This document shows, piece by piece, positions 48,167 through 48,473 of a DNA stretch of 48,473 nt (its first letter is position 1; every line of letters starts with the position of its first letter). The DNA is taken from positions 1 through 48,473 of the forward strand of contig DATNAC010000092.1 in the NCBI GenBank assembly GCA_035573035.1, written 5' to 3'. The notes beneath the pieces were generated by a model. It was not told the DNA's origin and did not search any database. It saw nothing but the letters and a program-made list of their open reading frames with translations. The DNA is from Terriglobales bacterium. GTDB lineage: Bacteria; Acidobacteriota; Terriglobia; Terriglobales; SCQP01. The translations under genes and the position numbers were made by a program.

Positions 48167-48473
48167 TCAGGTAATTTTGTCCTTGGCCTCGAGGCGCGCG
48201 CAGACCGAGAGCAGCGTGTTCCAGTTGCGCGTGGTGGCGGCGGCTCCGAATATACGGTCCAACCGGCCCAAGTGGCCAATAGTTTTCATGTGGCGGCGGT
48301 AGACGCCGTAGACGAAGCGTCCCCGCGCTCCGAGCACGCGCACCAGCCACTCGCCTTCAGGCGGCAGTGCGAAGGGCAATTGCGCGGGAGCGCGGCCGGC
48401 GCGCGCGAAGATGCTGACGAAGCGGATGAGGCCGGGCTCGGTGGGCGCAGTGGCGAAGGGGTCGCTGGAACGG
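48167..48473 (-). CDS. DUF1697-like protein, C-terminal part (5' end outside the window)
   Basis: The reading frame is open to the window edge. The C-terminus ...GRFVYGVYRRHMKTIGHLGRLDRIFGAAATTRNWNTLLSVCARL resembles the conserved DUF1697 ending (..aT.RNWnTv.kL). The M in the ORF track is an internal TTG. Confidence 0.5.
   Translation of the reverse strand, partial: RSSDPFATAPTEPGLIRFVSIFARAGRAPAQLPFALPPEGEWLVRVLGARGRFVYGVYRRHMKTIGHLGRLDRIFGAAATTRNWNTLLSVCARLEAKDKIT

Overview
High-GC bacterial chromosomal segment. The gene content suggests Acidobacteriota: an ADOP-type duplicated MacB/FtsX permease, a TonB-dependent receptor with a carboxypeptidase-regulatory-like N-terminus, VPS10/BNR beta-propeller proteins and a YXWGXW-repeat protein. 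This taxonomic call is inferred from motifs only. I support about 28 protein-coding genes. They include vapBC, a Tat-signal class V PLP enzyme overlapping an M28 peptidase, a Hanks kinase, a GGDEF cyclase, a copper nitrite reductase (nirK) with a fused C-terminal cupredoxin lying between two sortilin-like paralogs, katG, two GNATs, a cupin, a methyltransferase and a DUF4382-like lipoprotein. I found no rRNA, no intact tRNA and no CRISPR array. The most interesting locus is a roughly 13 kb operon of four overlapping or near-abutting genes at 27629-40820. It encodes exported proteins: a Tat-motif Reg_prop beta-propeller, a VIT-vWA protein with an intact MIDAS motif, a roughly 2370 aa TPR/HAT-like helical-repeat giant, and a DUF3352-like protein. 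It lies just downstream of the TonB-dependent receptor and I cannot assign it to a characterised system. The second notable signal is a modular, hairpin-rich intergenic repeat family (two modules of roughly 115-130 nt and 145 nt) present in at least five places. Inverted copies bracket a GNAT gene, and shorter seeds abut two apparent gene remnants. A lower-GC patch at about 7650-9200 carries a frameshifted, 5'-truncated IS630-family transposase remnant, an orphan gene fragment and a small tandem zinc-ribbon ORF. A tRNA-Ser-like 3' fragment sits at 3911-3961. The many long ORFs antisense to real genes are treated as GC-driven shadow ORFs. All homology statements rest on motif recognition by eye, since no searches could be run.
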